Virus record (IMG/VR): IMGVR_UViG_3300028591_000095
Coordinates: 102,641 to 166,640 of that record
Strand: one strand, 5' to 3'
Length of the DNA stretch: 64,000 nt
Origin: a virus
Taxonomy: Duplodnaviria > Caudoviricetes
A program made the translations under genes and the position numbers. The notes beneath the pieces are model-generated. The model saw only the letters and a list, made by a program, of their open reading frames with translations. It searched no databases and was not told where the DNA came from. This document shows, one piece after another, positions 50,126 to 59,482 of the stretch; the stretch's first letter is position 1; the number at the start of each line of letters is the position of its first letter.

Positions 50126-51331
50126 TCATATAAGATATTCATCGACAGCTGATTCTTGGAACATGTCTTCATCTATTATAGATTGGATTGTATCCCATGG
50201 ATCACACATCTCCTGAATAACATCCATGATATCATCAATATCGACATATGATTCTTTTATCATGTTCTGTACAAACTGTTTTCTGATCACAGCTCCTTCA
50301 TCAAGCTTTTTATAAATGTCTTCAAGAGTGATTTTCATAATACGTTTCTGAGTTTCATTGGTTACACGTGCAGCGTTTTCATAATCAAGTTTGTCAATGT
50401 CATTCAAGCATTTCTTATAAATCTCATATTGTTGTCTGGCAGCATCAAGCATTTTAGAGTTACCCTTTCCAGCTTTAACAAAATCTCCAAGAGTTTCAAC
50501 AGTAGAGTCAAGAAGATCTTTGAGGTCTTCGATATTGTCAACGTATGATGTCAATCTCGGACTACCATTGATCTGTTTTCTCAACTTATTACGAATAAGC
50601 TTTTCTTTTGAATTCAATACATTGAACATTCTCATTGCATGTTTCTGATATTTATTATGTTTAACTGAATACAAGTCAGCCCAGTTTTCTTCAGGATCCT
50701 TGTCGTGATCATCAAGATATCGATTGGTGTGATTTATAAGTTTACGAGCAGTTCTTTCAACTTTACCAGTATGACTATGGTCGTAGTCATCAGCTTTCGT
50801 GTGTAACCATTTATCGATATGACCTTCTTCATGTTTACGAAGTCCTTGAGCTATACCCGGATGACGTTTCAGCCATTCCTTATTCATATGGATTGATGGT
50901 TTGTCGTCCTTAAAAGCATCATCAACATATTTCTTTGAATCATCGTCAAGTAAGCCCAGTTGTTTAAATGTTTTTAATGTATCCTCTTTACGTCTTTCTG
51001 GTGCCATCATAAGAGCTGGTTCATCAGGTGATGCCCCTCCAAGACCCTTGGTTGTGAAGTTGATACGAACCGGTTTACCATTCTTATCAACGATATCACT
51101 GTCGATGGTTCCAGTCTTAGGATCATAGTCAGAATCTTTAAGAAACTTCTTTATACGATTTCTCTGTTTAGCAGTCATGTTTTTAAGATCTTTCTCAGTG
51201 TAGTTATCGTTGAGAAATTGATCTAACGTTCTACGAAGTTTCTTAGATGCTTCATTAGCTTCCTGGAATACAGAATCAATGTAATTGTCTACATCCGTTT
51301 TCTCAATACTAATTTCAATAAAATCTTTCAT
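50126..51331 (-). CDS. Tagged protein with zincin-like metallopeptidase motif
   Basis: HEEGH and downstream EENWAD; N-terminal FQEA; C-terminal IKES/IQEM/FQES. Confidence 0.6.
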   Translation of the reverse strand: MKDFIEISIEKTDVDNYIDSVFQEANEASKKLRRTLDQFLNDNYTEKDLKNMTAKQRNRIKKFLKDSDYDPKTGTIDSDIVDKNGKPVRINFTTKGLGGASPDEPALMMAPERRKEDTLKTFKQLGLLDDDSKKYVDDAFKDDKPSIHMNKEWLKRHPGIAQGLRKHEEGHIDKWLHTKADDYDHSHTGKVERTARKLINHTNRYLDDHDKDPEENWADLYSVKHNKYQKHAMRMFNVLNSKEKLIRNKLRKQINGSPRLTSYVDNIEDLKDLLDSTVETLGDFVKAGKGNSKMLDAARQQYEIYKKCLNDIDKLDYENAARVTNETQKRIMKITLEDIYKKLDEGAVIRKQFVQNMIKESYVDIDDIMDVIQEMCDPWDTIQSIIDEDMFQESAVDEYLI

Positions 51332-51383
51332 TATTAATCAATTCCTTTCATATTTATTATATATATAATAAAATTACAGATTT

Positions 51384-51406
51384 GTCCCCGGGATATCCCC
51401 GGGGAC
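51384..51406 (-). terminator. Terminator-like hairpin
   Basis: GTCCCCGGG-loop-CCCGGGGAC. Confidence 0.7.
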
Positions 51407-51414
51407 TTTAAAGA

Positions 51415-53142
51415 TTAAAGCATTGCATCATCAACAGCTGAATTTCGTTTGTTGAATTTCTTTACAAACTTAGCGATTCGATCGGGTTCTTTACCAGACT
51501 TTTGTTTCTTCTTAGATTTACCACTAGGCTGCGACTGTTTAGGTTTCTGTGGTTCATTTGAAGATTCACTAGGTTGAGATTTTAGTTTACCATACTTGGC
51601 TTCCAAATCAGAAAGGAGTTCTTCATCCGATTTTAGTTTACCATACTTGGCTTCCAAATCAGCTATGAGTTTCTCACGCTGTTCTGAAGATTTACTAGTA
51701 CCCATGTTTATAGGTTTATCTCCTTTAGGAAGAGTCTGACCATTCATAGCAAGCTGACGTTTAGCTTCTTTAGCTTGACGCTTTGCAACAGCTGCATTAG
51801 CAGGTGTAACGTAAGTCTTATTGAAATAATCAATAAACTGAGTTGAAGCTTTTTCAACTTGATTTGTTAAAGCAGCACCAACATTTATCAGATGATCGAT
51901 CAGTTTAAATACGTATGTTTTAACAAACTTTTCAAGTTCAGAAGGTCTCATGAAATTACCTGGGTTTTCTGGAGCTCTTCCAAGACTACGCACACGATCT
52001 GCATTTTTGTTATCAGACGCTGCATCAGCATAAGCTTGTTCGTATTGGTCTTTGAATCCAGTGTTGATCCATTTTTCTAAAGCTTTTTGTGATTTAACAA
52101 CGTCATTAGCTTTATCTAAAAGGATCTTACGATATCTGATAAGTTTCTTACCGATATATGTGACCTTAGTGCCTTTATCAGGATTATCAAACATACCATT
52201 CTTTGGTACTGAAATAGATTCAAGCTCATCGATTTGTTGATTATATTCTTCAATGATATCATCAACACGGCTGTTATTAAATATCATCTGATATAAATCA
52301 CTGTGAAGAATATCAACTTCAGAATCTATGCAGTTACTGAATATATTCATAGCTTCTCTGATACTATAAAACCAATCTGAATTAACTTTGATTGTCATCT
52401 CAGTGAGTTTCTGTCCAGGAACTTGTCTTCTAGTAGTCCAAGTACCATCAGGAGCTGTTGAATGTTTCCCTTTGAAAGCTGAAACGCCATTCTTTTTGAT
52501 GTAATCTCTGGCATCATTCGGGATATCATGACCATCGTATGCGTAACTTCTGTTTGGATCTTTCTGATTACGTATTTTTGGTATACGATATTTATGCTTA
52601 TCTCGATTAAGATTATACTTCTTACGTTCGACAGCTTCAGGAGTTCCGATATCATCGGTTATATTTCCGACTGAACTATCCCTCGAATCAATAACATCAT
52701 CATCGGTGTCGTCCTTATCCCAAATATATGTGTCATCTTTATCACCATCTTCAAACGATAATGGTTCAGTTCCAAGATTTTCAGCTTCAACTGTCGGGAT
52801 ATTACCATCAGCAATATCCTGGAGTTTGTCATCAATCTTTTTAGCCTTTTTGGATCGTCTCCAGTCACCAATGGCTCTGGCTAAAGCCATTAATAATCTT
52901 GGAATGAACTTGAGAATCTTGATGATCATGGCTTCGTCTTTACCTTTACCTGTTGCGTCATCAAGAATTCCTTTGAGGACTCCAGCTTCTTGATAGAGTT
53001 CAAGCTCCATCATATGAGCTTTGTACATCTCAAGGAATATATCAGTATAGTCGGTATAGTAATCAGAAACCGATTCACATGAAAATGAATCGGTTTCATC
53101 ATCGAGCATGACTGAATTAGTGAACTCTATGAAGTCTTTCAT
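51415..53142 (-). CDS. Tagged head-protein family member
   Basis: YQEAGVLKGILDDATGKGKDEAMIIKILKFIPRL; basic C-terminal tail. Confidence 0.65.
   Translation of the reverse strand: MKDFIEFTNSVMLDDETDSFSCESVSDYYTDYTDIFLEMYKAHMMELELYQEAGVLKGILDDATGKGKDEAMIIKILKFIPRLLMALARAIGDWRRSKKAKKIDDKLQDIADGNIPTVEAENLGTEPLSFEDGDKDDTYIWDKDDTDDDVIDSRDSSVGNITDDIGTPEAVERKKYNLNRDKHKYRIPKIRNQKDPNRSYAYDGHDIPNDARDYIKKNGVSAFKGKHSTAPDGTWTTRRQVPGQKLTEMTIKVNSDWFYSIREAMNIFSNCIDSEVDILHSDLYQMIFNNSRVDDIIEEYNQQIDELESISVPKNGMFDNPDKGTKVTYIGKKLIRYRKILLDKANDVVKSQKALEKWINTGFKDQYEQAYADAASDNKNADRVRSLGRAPENPGNFMRPSELEKFVKTYVFKLIDHLINVGAALTNQVEKASTQFIDYFNKTYVTPANAAVAKRQAKEAKRQLAMNGQTLPKGDKPINMGTSKSSEQREKLIADLEAKYGKLKSDEELLSDLEAKYGKLKSQPSESSNEPQKPKQSQPSGKSKKKQKSGKEPDRIAKFVKKFNKRNSAVDDAML
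51578..51662. repeat. 34-bp direct repeat, period 51 bp (DLEAKYGKLKS twice)
   Basis: GATTTTAGTTTACCATACTTGGCTTCCAAATCAG at 51578 and 51629. Confidence 0.9.
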
Positions 53143-53145
53143 ATA

Positions 53146-56100
53146 TTACACCATCCATTCAGTGATAGCATTAGCTGCACCAGTTCTGAGCTGCATATTT
53201 TTGCTTACACCAGCAGCATCAAGTTCCTCATCTCTCTTCTTGAGAAGCTTAAGAACTTTCTCACTCTGTTCAACAAACTCTTTGAGTCTTGCTGGAACAC
53301 GAAATGCGTCTGACATCTTCTTATTCTTTCTGAGTATTGAAGTTCCGTAAGCTCCGCCATGTACTATGTTATTAGTAATTCTTGCAAGTTCTCTGAGTTC
53401 TTTTCTCTCATTAACTGTCCAGGTTGCAGTTCCTGCATATGGACCAGTGAGATAGTTCAGATCCTTACTAACAGCCTTCAGAGCTTTCTTCAGAGCCTTC
53501 TTATTCTCAGAAGCTTCGAAGTTCTCAGACTTGATGATTTCGAAAACTCTCATCAAGTCCTTAGGGAATCTACCAAACTTCTTAAGATCGAGGAATGGTT
53601 TGATCATAGCGATACATCCACCGATGATAGCACCTACACCCATAAGTTCTACTAAAGTAAATTCCTGGTAGAACTGAATGCAGTTGTTACTTGCATTGAT
53701 AAGTGGACTGTTGTCGGGTTCGTAAGACTCATCAAAGAACTCAGCGTCGGTAAGAAGTTCCTCAGTATCAGACTCAAATACAAAATCATTTGTATTTACA
53801 AATTCACATTTGTAGTCTTCATATTCAGTTTCTTCCTGAACCATCTGATCTCTAAGGGCTTTTGCGTTGTTGAGATTGTCTGTCATTGATTCGATGTATG
53901 CATCAACATCATCGACTGTAATGTCATCAGTCTCATAAGATTCATAATTACTCATAATATCAACTCCTTCATTGTATAGATCATTCTCATCAGTCTTGTT
54001 GCGAATAAATGCTGCGAGATCAACCCATTGTTTTATGAAATCAGAAACCGCGATCATAACAGTTTCTACATCTGGATCAAAGTCAATTGAGTTTGATTCC
54101 CAATCATCATCGTTAAATTTCTTAGCCTCTTTTTCGAATGCCTCAGTTAACTTGGAAAGTTCAGCTGCAAGTTGTATCAGATGTGAAGCTGTATCAGTTT
54201 TCTCATCTGTAGATGATTCAACTTTTCCGATATATTCTTTAGCCTTAGTATTAAAATTATTGAGTTTATCAATTAATGCTGTTCCAAAGTATTGATCTTT
54301 AAACAATGCATTGTTAATTTCACCCATCAATGCTACAGCCGTGCGAACTAGCTCGATGAATTCATCATCAATAAGATATTTGCCGGAAATTTGTTGTTTT
54401 GGATCCTTCGCAATTTTCTTTTCAAGCTTACGAAGATCTCTCTTATTTTTCCACATTTTGTATTTATTTATCCACTTTTGGATTAAAGCTTTGATCTTAT
54501 TGATGATAGTCTTTATGATTCCTTGCTTTTCACCACCAGATGCTTCCATGTACATGTCATCGATATAATCATCTACATTGAATTCTTCAACGGTATCATC
54601 CTTTGGGGGTTCTGCATCTGATATAAGCCTTCTGAATTCAAATGGATCAAGAGAAAGTTGAGCATTTACAGAATTGATAATTTTCTGATTACCAACCATC
54701 AATTCTTCAATGAACTTGAATATCGTATTGGATAACTTACAAGCTTTATCCACTATATGTTCGTCATAATATGCGTCGTAGTTTATATCGACGATATCCC
54801 AGTCCATGTCATCAAGGTTTGTCATAAGAACACCGAGACTGTTGTATTCTTCAACACACCATCTACAGAACTGATATAATGATATAGGTTGATCACTGTA
54901 CTCATATTTGATATCTTTTATTGATTCAAAGCTTTTGATGATTTCATCATATATTTGATCAACGACATCAGCAGATTGATTGTGAGACATGGCTTTACCC
55001 CATGACTTAACTATGATGTCACATCGAGAAAGAACTGCCATAATTATATCATGATTCCAAGATTTCTTAGACATCTTCTTCTTAGCTTTTTCAGCTTTCT
55101 TGGTATCATGTATAATATTCTTCATCTTGTCGATATATGCAACAGTTCGTTTAGCTCTGAATGTTTTTATCATAGATTTGATTTTAGCAATCAAAGCTTG
55201 AATAGCCATTTTGATCTTACTGCCAATACCGTCTTTCTTATCATCAGCATTAGATTCCTGATAGAGATCGACCTGCATCATCTCAAGGAATGGATCAGCC
55301 ATATAGTAATCTTCGACAGAATATTCATTTGTTGGATCTTGTGGATCATAGTCATCAAGATCATCTAAATCACCAGGATCATCAAAGTCATCGATGTTAA
55401 AGTTATCGGGAGGAGTAAGATCAGGCACATCCTCTAATTCAGATGAGTTATTGACTGAATTATTAGGTTTATCAACTACCCAATCTGGATTCTGAGAATT
55501 GAAATATGTTACTGAATATCTGATGTTCTTTTGAACCATATCAGTGATCATCCATATTCTATTTAAGAATGTAAGGATTCTTTGTCCGGCATATTCACCG
55601 AACTTATCAATCACAGAGTCTTTATTGTCTTTAGTTGGCTCCAAATATTCTCCACAGAATTTCTGACCCATAGCAATCATCATATGATTAAGAAATGGAG
55701 TTACCTCTTTTGCAAGCTCATATTGATGAAGGACTGTATCTGTTTTCTTTGTAACTTTCCAGGTATTTTCATAATATTTTAAGAATCTCGCGGAAAAGTC
55801 ATCAAGTTTATCTGCATATGCGTCAACATTCTGATGATTATCATATAATCCATCAAGAAGATTATGAGCTTCCTTGATATAATTCACTGTCGTATCATCA
55901 AGAATATATTTACCAGAGATTTTCTTCTTTGAAAGCTTTTCTCTCATCTGTGGATCTTTGAGAGATTTCTCAATCTTCTCAGTATATTTCTTACCTCTCC
56001 ACATCTTGTAGCGTTGTATCAAACGTTGAACGAAAGCTCTTATCTTATTGATGATAGTCTTTATGATTCCCTGCTTTTCACCATCAGCAGTACCATTGTC

Positions 56101-56838
56101 AGACTCATAATAGATATCCAAGAAATCAAAATCGGTATCACCGAAGTATTCCATCTTATAGCGTTTTCCAAAACTACCATCAGAAGCTTTGATACTTTTC
56201 AATCTCTTCAGCTGACCTTTGTGTGCATCAGAAAGATTATCGACTATGAAGTTATCAAGATCTGTGAGATCCTTATCACCTACAGTATGACCTTTCTTGT
56301 CGATACGTTCCTTAAGTTCATCAAGTTCTTTACGAGTACGCTTTGAAGCATCAACAAGTGACTCTTTTTCTTTGAGTCTAGCAGAAGGTGTCTTCCAGTA
56401 ATCTGGAACCTGAAGACTCTTAGGAATAAATGATGGAGAATCATTAACAAGTCTCTTGTATTTATTCTTAACATTGCCTGAATCCAGTTCACGTTTGAAA
56501 TCACGAAAATCTTTCATTGTTTCAATCGCGTCAGGATCGATGAACACAGTCTTGTTTGGGTTGGTCTTGTTATTCTCATAAGCTTCTTCAACACCATCTA
56601 CAAGAGAATCAGTTTCAACATCAGCTTCTTCACGAATCATCTCGAGTGTCGACTCTATATAGAACTCAAGTTCATCAACAGTGAGATTCTCATATTCAAA
56701 TGATTCTTTAATCATATAAGCATGAAGATTAACACAATCGATGAGATCTGTTATATCATAGGATTCAGTTTCAACTGTATCGTCTTCTTCCTGTTGATGT
56801 GCTTTGAATAATTTTATCTCTTCGACAATATCATTCAT
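53146..56838 (-). CDS. Concatemeric polyprotein of tagged head-protein units
   Basis: Acidic linker + YxE + amphipathic helix, repeated: YYES..KQGIIKTIINKI; YQES..GIGSKIKMAI; YMEA..KQGIIKTIINKI; YQEF. Confidence 0.65.
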   Translation of the reverse strand: MNDIVEEIKLFKAHQQEEDDTVETESYDITDLIDCVNLHAYMIKESFEYENLTVDELEFYIESTLEMIREEADVETDSLVDGVEEAYENNKTNPNKTVFIDPDAIETMKDFRDFKRELDSGNVKNKYKRLVNDSPSFIPKSLQVPDYWKTPSARLKEKESLVDASKRTRKELDELKERIDKKGHTVGDKDLTDLDNFIVDNLSDAHKGQLKRLKSIKASDGSFGKRYKMEYFGDTDFDFLDIYYESDNGTADGEKQGIIKTIINKIRAFVQRLIQRYKMWRGKKYTEKIEKSLKDPQMREKLSKKKISGKYILDDTTVNYIKEAHNLLDGLYDNHQNVDAYADKLDDFSARFLKYYENTWKVTKKTDTVLHQYELAKEVTPFLNHMMIAMGQKFCGEYLEPTKDNKDSVIDKFGEYAGQRILTFLNRIWMITDMVQKNIRYSVTYFNSQNPDWVVDKPNNSVNNSSELEDVPDLTPPDNFNIDDFDDPGDLDDLDDYDPQDPTNEYSVEDYYMADPFLEMMQVDLYQESNADDKKDGIGSKIKMAIQALIAKIKSMIKTFRAKRTVAYIDKMKNIIHDTKKAEKAKKKMSKKSWNHDIIMAVLSRCDIIVKSWGKAMSHNQSADVVDQIYDEIIKSFESIKDIKYEYSDQPISLYQFCRWCVEEYNSLGVLMTNLDDMDWDIVDINYDAYYDEHIVDKACKLSNTIFKFIEELMVGNQKIINSVNAQLSLDPFEFRRLISDAEPPKDDTVEEFNVDDYIDDMYMEASGGEKQGIIKTIINKIKALIQKWINKYKMWKNKRDLRKLEKKIAKDPKQQISGKYLIDDEFIELVRTAVALMGEINNALFKDQYFGTALIDKLNNFNTKAKEYIGKVESSTDEKTDTASHLIQLAAELSKLTEAFEKEAKKFNDDDWESNSIDFDPDVETVMIAVSDFIKQWVDLAAFIRNKTDENDLYNEGVDIMSNYESYETDDITVDDVDAYIESMTDNLNNAKALRDQMVQEETEYEDYKCEFVNTNDFVFESDTEELLTDAEFFDESYEPDNSPLINASNNCIQFYQEFTLVELMGVGAIIGGCIAMIKPFLDLKKFGRFPKDLMRVFEIIKSENFEASENKKALKKALKAVSKDLNYLTGPYAGTATWTVNERKELRELARITNNIVHGGAYGTSILRKNKKMSDAFRVPARLKEFVEQSEKVLKLLKKRDEELDAAGVSKNMQLRTGAANAITEWMV

Positions 56839-56879
56839 TTAAATCGAACTCCTTTCATATAGAATTAAATAGAATAACA

Positions 56880-56901
56880 CGGTGGGGGACTTCCCCCACC
56901 G
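56880..56901 (-). terminator. GC-rich hairpin, probable terminator
   Basis: CGGTGGGGGA-CT-TCCCCCACCG. Confidence 0.65.
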
Positions 56902-56934
56902 GTCATTCCAGGAGGATATACTTATGCAATCAAA

Positions 56935-57198
56935 TTACATAAATCTACCAGGCTTAGGTGTAGTAGCCGGTGTAGGCTGTACATAGCCGATTGCGAGATC
57001 AGACTGTTCGATATCCATGTCGAACTGTCCACTCTTGAGACGATTGTTACCACCTGCAACGATTCCCTCAGGATCGAATGAATTGAATGCAGACTGGAAG
57101 AGATCCTTGAAATGTGATGAACCAGGATTGTATGCCTCCTGAACGGGCTCGTCGTCGAATCCGAAATCCAGATCCATTTCTTCAAACAGATTGTTCAT
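56935..57198 (-). CDS. Small tagged protein, 87 aa
   Basis: Acidic leader then PVQEA. Confidence 0.6.
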   Translation of the reverse strand: MNNLFEEMDLDFGFDDEPVQEAYNPGSSHFKDLFQSAFNSFDPEGIVAGGNNRLKSGQFDMDIEQSDLAIGYVQPTPATTPKPGRFM

Positions 57199-57321
57199 AT
57201 CGTTATTACCAGTAATGATTTATACAGTCGCTGCAGACTGTTCAAGTATGAGATTAGTATTACTGGATGACCCTCTTTCATAGTTATTAGCAGCTATTCT
57301 AATCCCATATTAGTATTAAGT

Positions 57322-58686
57322 TTATTTACCATACATATCGAGCAACCAGTTATTCACATATAACATGTTCACTGCCACGATCAACCTGTACGTATGAGTG
57401 TAGTGAGCATTTGTGAATATCAGTTTCTTGTTTTTCCAGTCCATGCAGTAGCCATCGTTGATAATTGTACGATTCTCTCTCAACTTAACAGACATGAACA
57501 GATCAACATCTATGTTATGTTCGATGTGGTAATCTATGATTTTAATCAATGCATCATCCAGACATGGTTTGATATCAATTTCTGTTTCACCCCAGTCCAA
57601 CTGAATGATTGGTTTAGTTCGTATCTCCCATCCATATAGGAGTGGAAAGTCCTTATCATTGAATGAATCCGAGAATATCGGAATCACAACTGAATCACTT
57701 CTGGGAGCTAAGTAACGAACTGGTCCAGGGTTAGGAACGGATAAATCAAATAGTCCAATTGTATTGAACTCACATCTCATTGTGAATGTAATCGGACAGT
57801 CGGATTCAACAAGATTATTGCTTTTGGTAGCAGTGTTATATGAGAAATCATGTATTGAACACAAGATTGGACTCATATAATATGTGTAGAATGCATCCCG
57901 GTGTTTACCACTACTGAAGCGGTATGATACAGGAAATACACTATTCATATTTAGATAATCAACGAACCTTGCAACACTACCATTTTCATCATGTATTGGT
58001 ATACCTGCATACCTAGCAGTCTCTGCAAGAAATCCATCAGGAATTGCCAACTCCAACGCAGTATCAATATCGAAGAAACAATTTTCCATTGGAATCTTGT
58101 TGATTAGATAGGATGCCCAGCGTAGCTGTTCTGCAACACTCTGGAATGACAAAACAAAGTCCAGGAATAATACGACTCTGTTTATTTTACCCCTCCATTC
58201 AATTCCCTTCCGTTTGTCAAAGAATAACTTTTCCATTTCGGAGCGATTCTGGAAACGATTGGAGATTGGTCCCCAGGTAGTAGTTCCAAAACTACCAGCT
58301 GCTAATCTATTATCTAAACCCGATAATGATACACGTGGATTGACAATGCACAATGGATATGCCTGTGTACGAATCTGCTTTGGAGTATGACGTAACTGGC
58401 GGTGTGCAATTGTCGTTGAAGGAAGTGCTGTTGCAAATGTGTTCGGTGGAAATTGATCCAGTATATACCGCATTGCGATTGCAGTAACATTACCCACAGC
58501 ATGTACAATGTCAGTACCACTTTCACATGCCAATGAGATATCGAAGTTATGCTGTAAAGAAGGATCATGTTCATCCAACCCAGCATACAAATATCCCAGA
58601 CGTGTGTCAACGATTCGACCGTCTACCAGACCCTGTCTGAAGTCATTGACATTAACCTTGTTCGGATGCATATCTGAATAACTCAT
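57322..58686 (-). CDS. Putative virion structural protein
   Basis: 454 aa next to a baseplate-like gene. Confidence 0.5.
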   Translation of the reverse strand: MSYSDMHPNKVNVNDFRQGLVDGRIVDTRLGYLYAGLDEHDPSLQHNFDISLACESGTDIVHAVGNVTAIAMRYILDQFPPNTFATALPSTTIAHRQLRHTPKQIRTQAYPLCIVNPRVSLSGLDNRLAAGSFGTTTWGPISNRFQNRSEMEKLFFDKRKGIEWRGKINRVVLFLDFVLSFQSVAEQLRWASYLINKIPMENCFFDIDTALELAIPDGFLAETARYAGIPIHDENGSVARFVDYLNMNSVFPVSYRFSSGKHRDAFYTYYMSPILCSIHDFSYNTATKSNNLVESDCPITFTMRCEFNTIGLFDLSVPNPGPVRYLAPRSDSVVIPIFSDSFNDKDFPLLYGWEIRTKPIIQLDWGETEIDIKPCLDDALIKIIDYHIEHNIDVDLFMSVKLRENRTIINDGYCMDWKNKKLIFTNAHYTHTYRLIVAVNMLYVNNWLLDMYGK

Positions 58687-58779
58687 ACCAAGATAACCTG
58701 ACAGACTTTATGTGTCGTATCACATTGAGAATGAACTAACATGTCAGGTCCTGCCTTCCTACTTATTTACGAAATAACT

Positions 58780-59172
58780 TTAGTTCATCCTTGACATTAG
58801 TACGCTCATGACAGATTGTAGCTTTTCAATATTGAAGTATCTGATATACTCAAAATCGAAAACATTAATCGATGGGCATCGATTCAATATCATCAAGGGT
58901 CTCCACATGTTCGTCATACCATAACGGTCGTACGCACATTTCTTTGGATTCCTAACGTACTTTTTATCAAACTTCTCCACCGTATACATATCAGGTATTC
59001 CCTCAATGATACGATAGAATTGTAGCGGTAACATGTCGATTACAGCATACCATGATTGTTCTGAATCAGGGTTTGTGAGTTTCACCGATGTTGTCACATT
59101 CTGAAATGTAAACAGATCTGAACGTTCCAACTTGATTAATTCTCTGACCAAAGTTTTCTCTTCAGAAGTCAT
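58780..59172 (-). CDS. Baseplate wedge protein, T4 gp53-like (LysM-like)
   Basis: YVRNPKKCAYDRYGMTNMWRPLMILN matches the RPDxxSxxxYGxxxxWWxIxxxN pattern. Confidence 0.6.
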   Translation of the reverse strand: MTSEEKTLVRELIKLERSDLFTFQNVTTSVKLTNPDSEQSWYAVIDMLPLQFYRIIEGIPDMYTVEKFDKKYVRNPKKCAYDRYGMTNMWRPLMILNRCPSINVFDFEYIRYFNIEKLQSVMSVLMSRMN

Positions 59173-59186
59173 TAGGCATCACCCAT

Positions 59187-59471
59187 TTATATAGTCTCTC
59201 TAACGTAGAGATTGAATAAGTCATTGTCGGTACATATCAGAGTACCGATCATATCACCATGCTCATTATTAACGCCTTCCGATTTCGATGTACTAAACTT
59301 GACATCGAATGTTTCAGAAGTATTAATAGCTCCAGAAGAATAATCCACTGAAGAGAACAAAGGAGACGTGACAGAGATTATATCTCCATCACGTAATATG
59401 CCCTTTGTCTTTATTATGCACGATGACGAGATTGGTACCTGAGGTCCCGAATCTCTATACGATAATATCAT
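59187..59471 (-). CDS. Hypothetical protein
   Basis: 94-aa ORF filling the operon gap. Confidence 0.5.
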   Translation of the reverse strand: MILSYRDSGPQVPISSSCIIKTKGILRDGDIISVTSPLFSSVDYSSGAINTSETFDVKFSTSKSEGVNNEHGDMIGTLICTDNDLFNLYVRETI

Positions 59472-59482
59472 AACCGCTGATA

